From contig CAYTXE010000001.1 in NCBI GenBank assembly GCA_964441045.1, forward strand, positions 6,011 to 70,010: DNA of 64,000 bases, given 5' to 3'. The notes beneath the pieces were generated by a model that ran no database searches, was not told the origin of the DNA, and saw only the letters and a program-made list of their open reading frames with translations. Source of the DNA: an uncultured Candidatus Brevefilum sp. GTDB lineage: Bacteria; Chloroflexota; Anaerolineae; Anaerolineales; Anaerolineaceae. Made by a program: the position numbers and the translations under genes. Shown piece after piece: positions 56,635 through 64,000 of the stretch. The number at the start of each line of letters is the position of its first letter. Position 1 is the first letter of the stretch.

Positions 56635-57921
56635 ATGGCAGAAACGACAAACGCATTTACAATGGCTCAACAACAATTCGATCATGTTGCTGACTTGTTA
56701 GACCTTGACCACCAGGTAAGAGAGATGCTGCGCTGGCCAATGCGCGAATATCACTTGCGCATCCCCATCCGCATGGATAGTGGGGATATACGGGTCTTTC
56801 AGGGCTATCGCGTACAGCATAACGATGCACGAGGGCCTAACAAAGGCGGTTTGCGCTTCCATCCGGCAGAGACAATTGATACCGTGCGTGCACTGGCAAT
56901 GTGGATGACCTGGAAATGCGCCGTGGCGGATATTCCCCTCGGCGGCGGGAAGGGTGGCATTGTGCTTGACCCAGCGACCCTGTCTGTGAATGAAAAAGAG
57001 CGCCTGTGTCGTGCTTTCATTCGGAATTTATGGTCTGTCATTGGGCCACGGCAGGATGTGCCGGCCCCTGATGTTGGCACCACCCCCCAGATGATGGGCT
57101 GGATGATGGATGAATATTCCCGCCTCACCGGCCGTTATACCCCTGGCGTGATCACCGGTAAGCCAGTTGGTGGAGGTGGATCCTTAGGACGCACAGAAGC
57201 AACAGGTTTTGGCGTGATCTATACCGTTCGTGAGGCCATGCAGCGGCTTAATCTTGATTCCACCAAGGCTGTGGCTGCGATACAGGGATTTGGCAACGTC
57301 GCCCAATATGCGGCTCAAGGTTTTATCAACCATTTAGGAGGCAAGGTGGTCTGTGTGAGCTATTGGGATCGAGATGATCGAACAGCCTACACGGTCAGCA
57401 AGGAAGACGGGATTAATCCTGTATTCCTGAAGGGTATCACAGATCAGTACGGCTCGATTGATAAGGATTTAGCGGTTAAAGAAGGGTATGCGATTGAAGC
57501 CGGTGATGCCTGGATAGCCAAGGAAGTAGATGTGCTCATCCCGGCCGCGCTGGAAGGACAGATTAACGGGGAAACAGTAAAGCAGATACACGATCGAGTG
57601 AAAATACTTGCAGAAGGCGCTAACGGGCCAACCACACCTGAAGCGGACGAAGTTTTAAAGGAACGTGAGATATTTGTGATCCCGGATTTTTTGTGCAATG
57701 CAGGTGGTGTTACCACATCCTATTTTGAGGGTGTTCAGAACGACATGAACTTCTACTGGACCAAGAAGGATGTCCTGGAGAAATTGAATGATAAGATGAC
57801 CCAGGCTTTTGAGGGCGTCTATGAGATGTCCCGCTCCCAGGATGTTTTTATGCGTGATGCAGCCTATATGGTGGCTATTAACAGGGTGGCGAAAGCTATG
57901 GAGCTGCGCGGCTGGCTCTAA
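56635..57921 (+). CDS. gdhA: Glutamate dehydrogenase (Glu/Leu/Phe/Val dehydrogenase family)
   Basis: 428 aa with NKGGLRFHP, the catalytic-Lys region PLGGGKGGIV, and the dinucleotide fold IQGFGNVAQYAA. Confidence 0.88.
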   Translation: MAETTNAFTMAQQQFDHVADLLDLDHQVREMLRWPMREYHLRIPIRMDSGDIRVFQGYRVQHNDARGPNKGGLRFHPAETIDTVRALAMWMTWKCAVADIPLGGGKGGIVLDPATLSVNEKERLCRAFIRNLWSVIGPRQDVPAPDVGTTPQMMGWMMDEYSRLTGRYTPGVITGKPVGGGGSLGRTEATGFGVIYTVREAMQRLNLDSTKAVAAIQGFGNVAQYAAQGFINHLGGKVVCVSYWDRDDRTAYTVSKEDGINPVFLKGITDQYGSIDKDLAVKEGYAIEAGDAWIAKEVDVLIPAALEGQINGETVKQIHDRVKILAEGANGPTTPEADEVLKEREIFVIPDFLCNAGGVTTSYFEGVQNDMNFYWTKKDVLEKLNDKMTQAFEGVYEMSRSQDVFMRDAAYMVAINRVAKAMELRGWL

Positions 57922-57946
57922 GCAATATTGTTTTCAGAGCAATGAG

Positions 57947-57976
57947 CGACCCCCGGCTAATTTCGGGGGTCGTTTT
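57947..57976 (+). terminator. Rho-independent terminator of the dehydrogenase gene
   Basis: CGACCCCCG (57947-57955) pairs with CGGGGGUCG (57964-57972), followed by UUUU. Confidence 0.7.
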
Positions 57977-58134
57977 CGTATAAATCGGGGGCTCTGGAAA
58001 TTAAAGATTGAGAAATATTGTCTTATTAATCTGAATTTAACATTCTAAAATTCTGTTTTGTGCTATAATGTAAGTGAAGGCAGCGCTTTTAGGATGCCCC
58101 CCTCATCCTTAGCGCTGTCTTTACTCTATTAAGC

Positions 58135-58160
58135 AAAAGGCTGCTCCACCTGGAGCAGCC
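58135..58160 (-). terminator. Rho-independent terminator of dnaK
   Basis: GGCTGCTCC (58139-58147) pairs with GGAGCAGCC (58152-58160). The minus-strand U-run corresponds to plus-strand AAAA at 58135-58138. Confidence 0.65.
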
Positions 58161-58217
58161 TAACAAATCACTATTTATCCGTTCACCATTTACGTATTTT
58201 TACCATTCACCGTTTTT

Positions 58218-60116
58218 TCACGCCTCCCGGAACTCGCCTTCCACAACATCTTCATCACCCTTTTCAGTGTTGCTTGGAGGAGCTTGGGGCCCAGAGGCAG
58301 GGGCAGCACCAGTTTGCTGGTAGGCAGCCTGTCCGATTGCCTGCAAGTCAGACTGTAAGGCGTTGACCAGGTTTTGGATGCCGGTTTTGTCTTCTCCTTC
58401 AAGGGCTTCACGCAGCTCTTTGACCTGACTCTCTACTTTCCCGCGTTGCTCTGCCGGGATTTTGTCACCCATATCCTGGAGCAGTTTCTCCGCCTGGTAG
58501 GCCAGGGAATCACCCTGGTTTTTAAGTTCGATCAGTTCTTTCCGCTGTTCATCTGCTGTGCGGTTTTGGGCAGCTTCCTCCACCATTTTTTCAATGTCTT
58601 TCTTGTCCAGGTTTGTGGATGCGGTTATGGTGATCTTTTGTTCCTTGCCGGTCGCCTTGTCTTTGGCTGTCACATTTAAAATGCCGTTGGCATCGATGTC
58701 GAAGGTCACCTCAATTTGCGGGATGCCGCGGGGGGCCGGTGGGATGCCGTCCAGCCGGAAGCGTCCCAGGCTCATGTTGTCCGAAGCCATAGGGCGTTCA
58801 CCCTGCAGGACATGTACATCAACAGAGGTTTGGTTATCTTGCGCGGTTGAGAACACCTCGGTCTTCTTGACGGGAATGGTCGTATTACGTTCGATCAAGG
58901 TCGTCATAACACTGCCCAGGGTTTCGACGCCCAGTGAAAGCGGGGTCACATCCAGCAGGAGTATGTCTTTCACGTCACCAGCCAGCACGCCGCCCTGGAT
59001 GGCTGCCCCGATGGAAACCACCTCGTCTGGGTTAACACCTTTATTGGGTTCTTTACCACCGGTCAGGTTGCGCACCAGATCCTGGATCATGGGCATGCGG
59101 GTTGCACCGCCCACCAGCACCACCTCATCAATTTGGTCGACGGTCATTTTGGCGTCTTTAATGGCTGCCTGGAAAGGCCCACGGGCACGGTCCACCAGGT
59201 GAGCGGTCAGATTTTCAAGGGTGGCACGGTTCAGCTTGAGCTGCAGGTGTTTTGGCCCGTTGGCATCTGCGGTGATATAGGGCAGGTTGATCTCTGTCTC
59301 CATGACGGAGCTTAATTCGATCTTGGCTTTTTCTGAGGCTTCGCGTAATCGCTGCAAAGCCTGTCGATCCTGGCGTAAATCAATGCCCTGTTGTTGTTTG
59401 AATTCGTCAGCCGCCCAATTAACGATCACTTCATCCCAATCATCGCCACCCAGGTGTGTGTCACCATTGGTAGCTTTAACTTCAATCACACCTTCGCCAA
59501 CCTCCAACAGGCTGACATCAAAGGTGCCGCCACCCAGGTCAAATACGAGGATAATCTCGCTTTCCTTCTTGTCCAGGCCGTATGCCAGGGCAGAGGCGGT
59601 GGGTTCGTTGATGATCCGCATGACTTCTAAACCAGCAATCTTGCCGGCATCCTTTGTGGCCTGGCGCTGGCTGTCGTTGAAGTAGGCAGGGACGGTAATC
59701 ACAGCTTTTGATACGGGTTCACCAAGATAAGCTTCCGCATCCGTCTTCAGTTTTTCAAGGATCATGGCGGAAATTTCTTGCGGCGTGTACGTTTTATTAT
59801 TTACAGGGATATGCACTCGGGCGTCGCCAGCTGATCCCTCGACGACTTTAAAGGGCACCATCTTTCGTTCGTTTTCAACTTCATCGTATCGCCGGCCCAT
59901 AAAGCGTTTGATAGAATATATTGTGTTTTCAGAATTTACAACCGCCTGACGTTTGGCGGGAATCCCAACCAGGCGTTCACGGTTTTTATTAATGGCGACA
60001 ACAGAAGGAAGAAGGCGAGAGCCTTCAGCCGTTGGAATGACTGTAGCAGAGCCGCCTTCGACCACAGAAACGACGCTGTTCGTTGTCCCCAGATCAATAC
60101 CGATAATTTTTGACAT
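58218..60116 (-). CDS. dnaK: Molecular chaperone DnaK (Hsp70)
   Basis: 632 aa with [20 protein letters not shown] and [10 protein letters not shown]. Confidence 0.95.
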   Translation of the reverse strand: MSKIIGIDLGTTNSVVSVVEGGSATVIPTAEGSRLLPSVVAINKNRERLVGIPAKRQAVVNSENTIYSIKRFMGRRYDEVENERKMVPFKVVEGSAGDARVHIPVNNKTYTPQEISAMILEKLKTDAEAYLGEPVSKAVITVPAYFNDSQRQATKDAGKIAGLEVMRIINEPTASALAYGLDKKESEIILVFDLGGGTFDVSLLEVGEGVIEVKATNGDTHLGGDDWDEVIVNWAADEFKQQQGIDLRQDRQALQRLREASEKAKIELSSVMETEINLPYITADANGPKHLQLKLNRATLENLTAHLVDRARGPFQAAIKDAKMTVDQIDEVVLVGGATRMPMIQDLVRNLTGGKEPNKGVNPDEVVSIGAAIQGGVLAGDVKDILLLDVTPLSLGVETLGSVMTTLIERNTTIPVKKTEVFSTAQDNQTSVDVHVLQGERPMASDNMSLGRFRLDGIPPAPRGIPQIEVTFDIDANGILNVTAKDKATGKEQKITITASTNLDKKDIEKMVEEAAQNRTADEQRKELIELKNQGDSLAYQAEKLLQDMGDKIPAEQRGKVESQVKELREALEGEDKTGIQNLVNALQSDLQAIGQAAYQQTGAAPASGPQAPPSNTEKGDEDVVEGEFREA

Positions 60117-60378
60117 GTTTACATCTCCTCAATATAAAAATCTTTTATTGCTAAGTATGAGAATACTAAGCGAGTCATAGAAGATCGTTAACGGAATATT
60201 GGATTATTGTTAGCGCAGGGAAAAATTGGGAAACTGGTCGGTTATATTTCGACTTTATTGTTATGATTTGATGTCAACTGATGCGTCCGTATAATAAATG
60301 ACAGGATATTCACCAGTAAGATGCCTATGATCACAACGAAACCCAGGTTCATTTCTTTCAGTGTCTCAAAGGGCAAAA

Positions 60379-60795
60379 TTATCCTAATTCATCCTCCCGT
60401 TCGAGTAATTTATCAAAGGTGGATTTCCGCAGCTTATTGACCAATTCCGCTTGTACTTCGATGAAGACCTCATGCAGGGGACAGTTTTCTCCAAAGGAGC
60501 AAATAGAAGGGTCCTGGGTGCATTCATTGATTGTGATTGGTCCATCGATTGCTTCAACCACATCGAGTAAGCTGATATCTTTGGGAGAGCGAGCTAAACG
60601 CACGCCGCCGTGGGCGCCGCGGGAGGTGTTAATCAGCCCAGCAATGGATAACTGCGAGATGATTTTTGCTAAAAAAGAGGAGGGGATTTCTTTTTCTTCT
60701 GCGATATAGCTGGTTGCGGCCATTGTGGGGGATTCAAGGCGAGCCAGAAAAAGGATTGCCCGAAGGGCATAATCTGCTTGGCGTGTTATCTGCAT
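60379..60795 (-). CDS. Rrf2-family transcriptional regulator (three C-terminal Cys, possibly Fe-S binding)
   Basis: MQITRQADYALRAILFLA is the family N-terminus. The Cys triad lies in NECTQDPSICSFGENCPL. Confidence 0.88.
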   Translation of the reverse strand: MQITRQADYALRAILFLARLESPTMAATSYIAEEKEIPSSFLAKIISQLSIAGLINTSRGAHGGVRLARSPKDISLLDVVEAIDGPITINECTQDPSICSFGENCPLHEVFIEVQAELVNKLRKSTFDKLLEREDELG

Positions 60796-61071
60796 AAGAG
60801 GACCTCTTTTCTAATCATAATGACTGAATCGACAGGTGAGGAGTTTGGAGAACAGTTGTCAATTCATTTCATTATAATAATTTCTACCATTAAGATATTA
60901 ATCAGTGTTAATACCAATTTTATCCAATTTAGAAAAAAATGTAAAGAAAAGTTGCAAACAGTGAATTGTTGATCAGGGAATCAGGTTTTACGTATTGGGA
61001 ATAGGAGGTTGCAGTTGTAGGATGCGATCTGTTCAGCACGTTTTCATAAAACGTAAAAGCCTGGTGCACAT

Positions 61072-61460
61072 TGATTTCGCTTCAGGCAAGTGATCGCACT
61101 GTTTTACTGTCATCGCAATGGCAGAATAATTTGTCATCGCGAGCCCTCGCTAGAGGGAGTGGCGATCTCACCCTGACATAAAGGGATAGACTTAAGGCGA
61201 GATTGCCTCCCACTTCGCACCGCTTCAGGGACAATGACCTCACACCCTGTGGGTGTTCGTCGCAATGACAAAATCTTTTGAGATTGTTTAACATGCCACG
61301 ATCGCTCCAGCACCCTTCGCTGCACTTCGGGTGTTACACACCGCTCCTACCCCTCTTCACTCCGTTTCGTGGGTTCCGCTTCGCTCTAGGTAAATTGTCA
61401 CTTCGTTCGTATTGACAGAAAGGGTGAGGCTTGTCTTCGTACCTCGACACATTGTGCCTC
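61072..61460. repeat. Composite of structured intergenic repeat units (MITE/REP-like)
   Basis: Arms TGTCATCGCGAG (61132-61143) / CGCAATGACA (61261-61270). Inner hairpin GGCGATCTC (61161-61169) / GAGATTGCC (61199-61207). The recurring motif CGCTTCAGG is at 61078 and 61221. A second unit starts at GAGATTGTTTAAC (61280). Confidence 0.6.
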
Positions 61461-61550
61461 ACCCCTACATCTAAATTTCCAATCTCACAATACCTCATCC
61501 ACTGATCCCAAATCACTGCCTTTGTCCCTGAATTCCTTTATAATTACCGC

Positions 61551-61979
61551 ATGACCACATTCAGCTACTATCACCCCATTACTGTCCGATACCGTGACCT
61601 GGACCCGCAGGATCATGTCAATAATGCCGTTTACCTGACCTATCTGGAGAGTGCACGCCTGGGCTATTATCAGCAGGTTGGCATCTATCACCCTGATTCA
61701 CGCATCCTGACCGGCATGGTGGTGGTGCGCAATGAGATTGATTACCTGGCACCAATCCTCTTTGGGCAGGCTGTTCGGGTTGGATTGCGGGTGGAACGCA
61801 TGGGGACAAAATCAATTACTTTCGCCTTCCAGATCGAAACAGATCCGAACGGGGTGCCCCTTGCTCGCGGAAAATCTGTGATGGTTGCCTATGACAATGC
61901 TGCTGATCGCGGCATCCCCATCCCGTCTGATTGGCGGGAGAAGATCAGCCTATACGAAGAAAAGAGTGGAAAACGATGA
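61551..61979 (+). CDS. Acyl-CoA thioesterase (4HBT/YbgC hotdog family)
   Basis: YRDLDPQDHVNNAVYLTYLESAR, with the YbgC-type catalytic Asp. Length is 142 aa. Confidence 0.85.
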   Translation: MTTFSYYHPITVRYRDLDPQDHVNNAVYLTYLESARLGYYQQVGIYHPDSRILTGMVVVRNEIDYLAPILFGQAVRVGLRVERMGTKSITFAFQIETDPNGVPLARGKSVMVAYDNAADRGIPIPSDWREKISLYEEKSGKR

Positions 61980-63025
61980 AATTACCTGAAATCGATACTG
62001 ATGCGATGCTCAGCTTTCTTGTCCAGCTGCTGAACACTCCAAGCCCGACCGGCTTCACTGACCAGGCGATCAAGCTCTGTGAGGAAATGCTTAAAACCGT
62101 GCCTGGGTTAACCATGAAGCGCACGAACAAAGGAGCCCTGGTAGCGACATTGCTGGGGCAGTCAGACGATGAAGGCTGGCATGCGCTGACAGCCCATGTG
62201 GATACGCTTGGCGCCATGGTCAAAGAAATCAAAGCCAATGGACGGCTGAAGATGAGCAAGCTGGGCGGTTTTGCCTGGAATTCTGTTGAAGGAGAAGGCG
62301 TAAACGTATTTACACAGGATGGGCAGACCATAAGAGGGTCGATTTTGATCAATAAAGCATCCAGTCATGTCTACGGTCAGGATGTCACGAAAAGCGAGCG
62401 CAAAGATACCACGATGGAAATTCGGCTGGACGTACGCACGGAAAGTGTCACGGATACAAGGGCTTTGGGTGTCGGTGTGGGTGACTTTGTGGCTTTTGAC
62501 CCCCGGGTGGAGGTCACCAACGGGTTTGTGCGCTCACGTCACCTGGATGATAAAGCTTGTGTTGCCAATATAATTTTTGCAGTAAAGGCGATAACAGATG
62601 CAGGGTTAAAACCCAAAACCACCACAATACTGCATATCAGCAACTATGAAGAAGTCGGGCATGGGGCGGCGGCTGGGATACCTCCCCAGGTGACAGAATT
62701 GATCTCAGTGGATATGGCAGCAGTGGGGGATGGGCAGGCATCGGATGAATTCCACGCCACTTTGTGCGTGAAAGACTCAGGCGGGCCCTATCATTTTGAC
62801 CTTAATAAAAGAATGAGGCACCTGGCTGAGGAGTATGACATTCCCTACAAGACGGACATTTATCCCTATTACGGGTCAGATGGCGAAGCTTTTTGGCGGG
62901 CGGGGGGTGATGTGGCAATCTCCTTGATTGGTCCCGGCGTGGATGCATCGCATAATTATGAGCGCACGCATATTGAAGCACTGGACGCCACGACGAAGTG
63001 GTGCCTGGCGTATCTGCTGAATTGA
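61976..63025 (+). CDS. M42-family metallopeptidase (glutamyl aminopeptidase/endoglucanase-like)
   Basis: LLNTPSPTGF, AHVDTLG, HLDDKA and NYEEVGHG (metal ligands). The start MKLPEID overlaps the thioesterase stop (ATGA at 61976-61979). Confidence 0.82.
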   Translation: MKLPEIDTDAMLSFLVQLLNTPSPTGFTDQAIKLCEEMLKTVPGLTMKRTNKGALVATLLGQSDDEGWHALTAHVDTLGAMVKEIKANGRLKMSKLGGFAWNSVEGEGVNVFTQDGQTIRGSILINKASSHVYGQDVTKSERKDTTMEIRLDVRTESVTDTRALGVGVGDFVAFDPRVEVTNGFVRSRHLDDKACVANIIFAVKAITDAGLKPKTTTILHISNYEEVGHGAAAGIPPQVTELISVDMAAVGDGQASDEFHATLCVKDSGGPYHFDLNKRMRHLAEEYDIPYKTDIYPYYGSDGEAFWRAGGDVAISLIGPGVDASHNYERTHIEALDATTKWCLAYLLN

Positions 63026-63098
63026 TTATCTCCAAGACGATTTAGAAGAGATTGATTGGATTGGTGCGGGGTAAAATAAGCCGTACTTCAAGGACTCC

Positions 63099-63256
63099 TG
63101 TCATTGTGAGTACCTGTCAGGGCGCGTGGCAATCTCGCACCTGAGATTGCTTACCACTCCTCTTTCGCTCCAGTACCCAAAGAGGGTGTTCCGCTGCGCT
63201 TCAGGCACTTCGTAGTTGTTTTAACCAACACAGGTCAATACATCCTCGCGATGTCA
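63099..63256. repeat. Second copy of the structured intergenic repeat family
   Basis: TGTCATTGTGAG (63099-63110). Hairpin GGCAATCTC (63128-63136) / GAGATTGC (63143-63150). It also has CGCTCCAGTACCC and CGCTTCAGG (63197-63205). The right boundary is uncertain. Confidence 0.55.
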
Positions 63257-63312
63257 AAAAGAAATTAACTGGGAGGGTTACATTTTCACTCCACCAAATT
63301 CAATAAGATTTG

Positions 63313-64000
63313 ATGTATACTCGATATGCGATGCCAGATTTAAAACATAGTTTGAGAGTTCAGGACTTAGGATTTTTAAAAATCGTTGCGGAAATTTGGG
63401 GTGTGGATCTCCAGGCTCCTGATGCCCGAACTGCCCTGCCGATCGTGATACGAAAAATCACGGCTCCAGCACTTGTGTTGGAGATTGTGGAAGCATTGGC
63501 TGAGGATGCACGCCAGGCTTTAGATGAACTGATCCTGCATTCAGGATGGATGCCCTGGAGTCGTTTTGTCCAGGCTTTCGGGAATTTACGGGAGATGGGG
63601 CCAGGTAAGCGCGACAGGGAGAAGCCCTATCTGAATCCCCTTTCCCCTTCTGAAATGCTCTGGTATCGAGGCTTGATAGGGCGGGATTTTCTTCGACGTG
63701 ATGGGGAACTTCAAGAATGCGCCTATATCCCTGATGATTTACTTGAGTTGATGCCTTCTGTGATGCACTCCGAGCCACAGCCGCCCGGCAGGGCTGCCTC
63801 TCCGGGAGAAACGGCTCATAAAATAGGGGTTTCTGATCACATCCTGGATCACTGCTGCACCTTATTGGCAGCGCTTCGACTGGAAGATCCCAAACGCTCA
63901 CCAGCTGTCAACCAATGGCAGCCGCCCTTTGAAGTTGTGCACGCACTGCTGGCTGCAATGAAGCTGATCACTTCCAGTGAACAGCCTGTGCCGGAAGATG
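63313..64000 (+). CDS. Hypothetical protein, N-terminal part (continues beyond the window end)
   Basis: My own translation from ATG 63313 or 63331 is open to position 64000: MPDLKHSLRVQDLGFLKIVAEIWGVDLQAPDARTAL... with helical, protein-like composition. It is not in the ORF track because it has no stop. The 147-aa minus-strand track ORF (63458-63901) is probably its shadow. Confidence 0.5.
   Translation, partial: MYTRYAMPDLKHSLRVQDLGFLKIVAEIWGVDLQAPDARTALPIVIRKITAPALVLEIVEALAEDARQALDELILHSGWMPWSRFVQAFGNLREMGPGKRDREKPYLNPLSPSEMLWYRGLIGRDFLRRDGELQECAYIPDDLLELMPSVMHSEPQPPGRAASPGETAHKIGVSDHILDHCCTLLAALRLEDPKRSPAVNQWQPPFEVVHALLAAMKLITSSEQPVPED

Noticed and set aside
58081-58117. An extra strong hairpin (CAGCGCT...AGGATG-CCCCCC-TCATCCT...AGCGCTG) lies between the convergent gdh and dnaK genes.
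   Set aside because: Both genes already have their own terminators. Without other copies or conservation data, I cannot tell whether it is a second terminator, a REP-like element or a chance structure.
60117-60378. I searched for CIRCE or HAIR heat-shock operators upstream of dnaK. CTAAGTAT-GAGA-ATACTAAG initially looked palindromic.
   Set aside because: The two arms are closer to direct repeats of CTAAG than to a true inverted repeat, and they match neither consensus.
1-64000. I searched for tRNA and rRNA genes (T-arm GGTTCGAATCC-type motifs on both strands) and for CRISPR arrays (regularly spaced 25-40-bp repeats).
   Set aside because: None was seen by eye. The only GGTTCGAA-like strings lie inside protein-coding genes without acceptor-stem context. 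A tRNAscan/Infernal run would be needed for certainty.

Overview
This is a 64-kb bacterial chromosomal segment with about 55 protein-coding genes, one recognisable RNA gene (SRP RNA), and no tRNA, rRNA or CRISPR array that I could see. Pro/Thr-rich linkers, VanW and LCP envelope proteins and a zinc-ribbon/FGE-sulfatase relic weakly suggest a Chloroflexota (Anaerolineae-like) origin; this is an inference only.

Housekeeping anchors are priA, dnaN, dnaK, a glutamate dehydrogenase and ffs. Most other genes are cell-envelope enzymes, transporters and sugar metabolism.

Five things stand out:
- A 501-bp non-coding, AT-rich region (42977-43477) carries three perfect, phased DnaA boxes plus five one-mismatch boxes. 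It is an oriC-like element with no dnaA in the window and dnaN 20 kb away.
- An 8.3-kb block (24030-32313) sits directly after the dnaN terminator. It is bounded by two degenerate, same-orientation IS5/IS1182-type relics and carries an intact six-gene cassette: DeoR regulator, SDR, C_GCAxxG protein, LsrF-like class I aldolase/thiolase, class II aldolase and RhaB-like kinase.
- A separate Lsr-like ABC uptake operon (14592-21405) has a SorC/LsrR-type regulator, and its FGGY kinase is reduced to a 97-aa stub.
- Candidate operators include a duplicated 14-bp perfect palindrome and TetR-flanking palindromes. A promoter-plus-terminator leader precedes the glutamate dehydrogenase gene.
- A family of structured intergenic repeats brackets a two-gene unit near the right end.

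All homology statements rest on motif recognition by eye. No searches were run.
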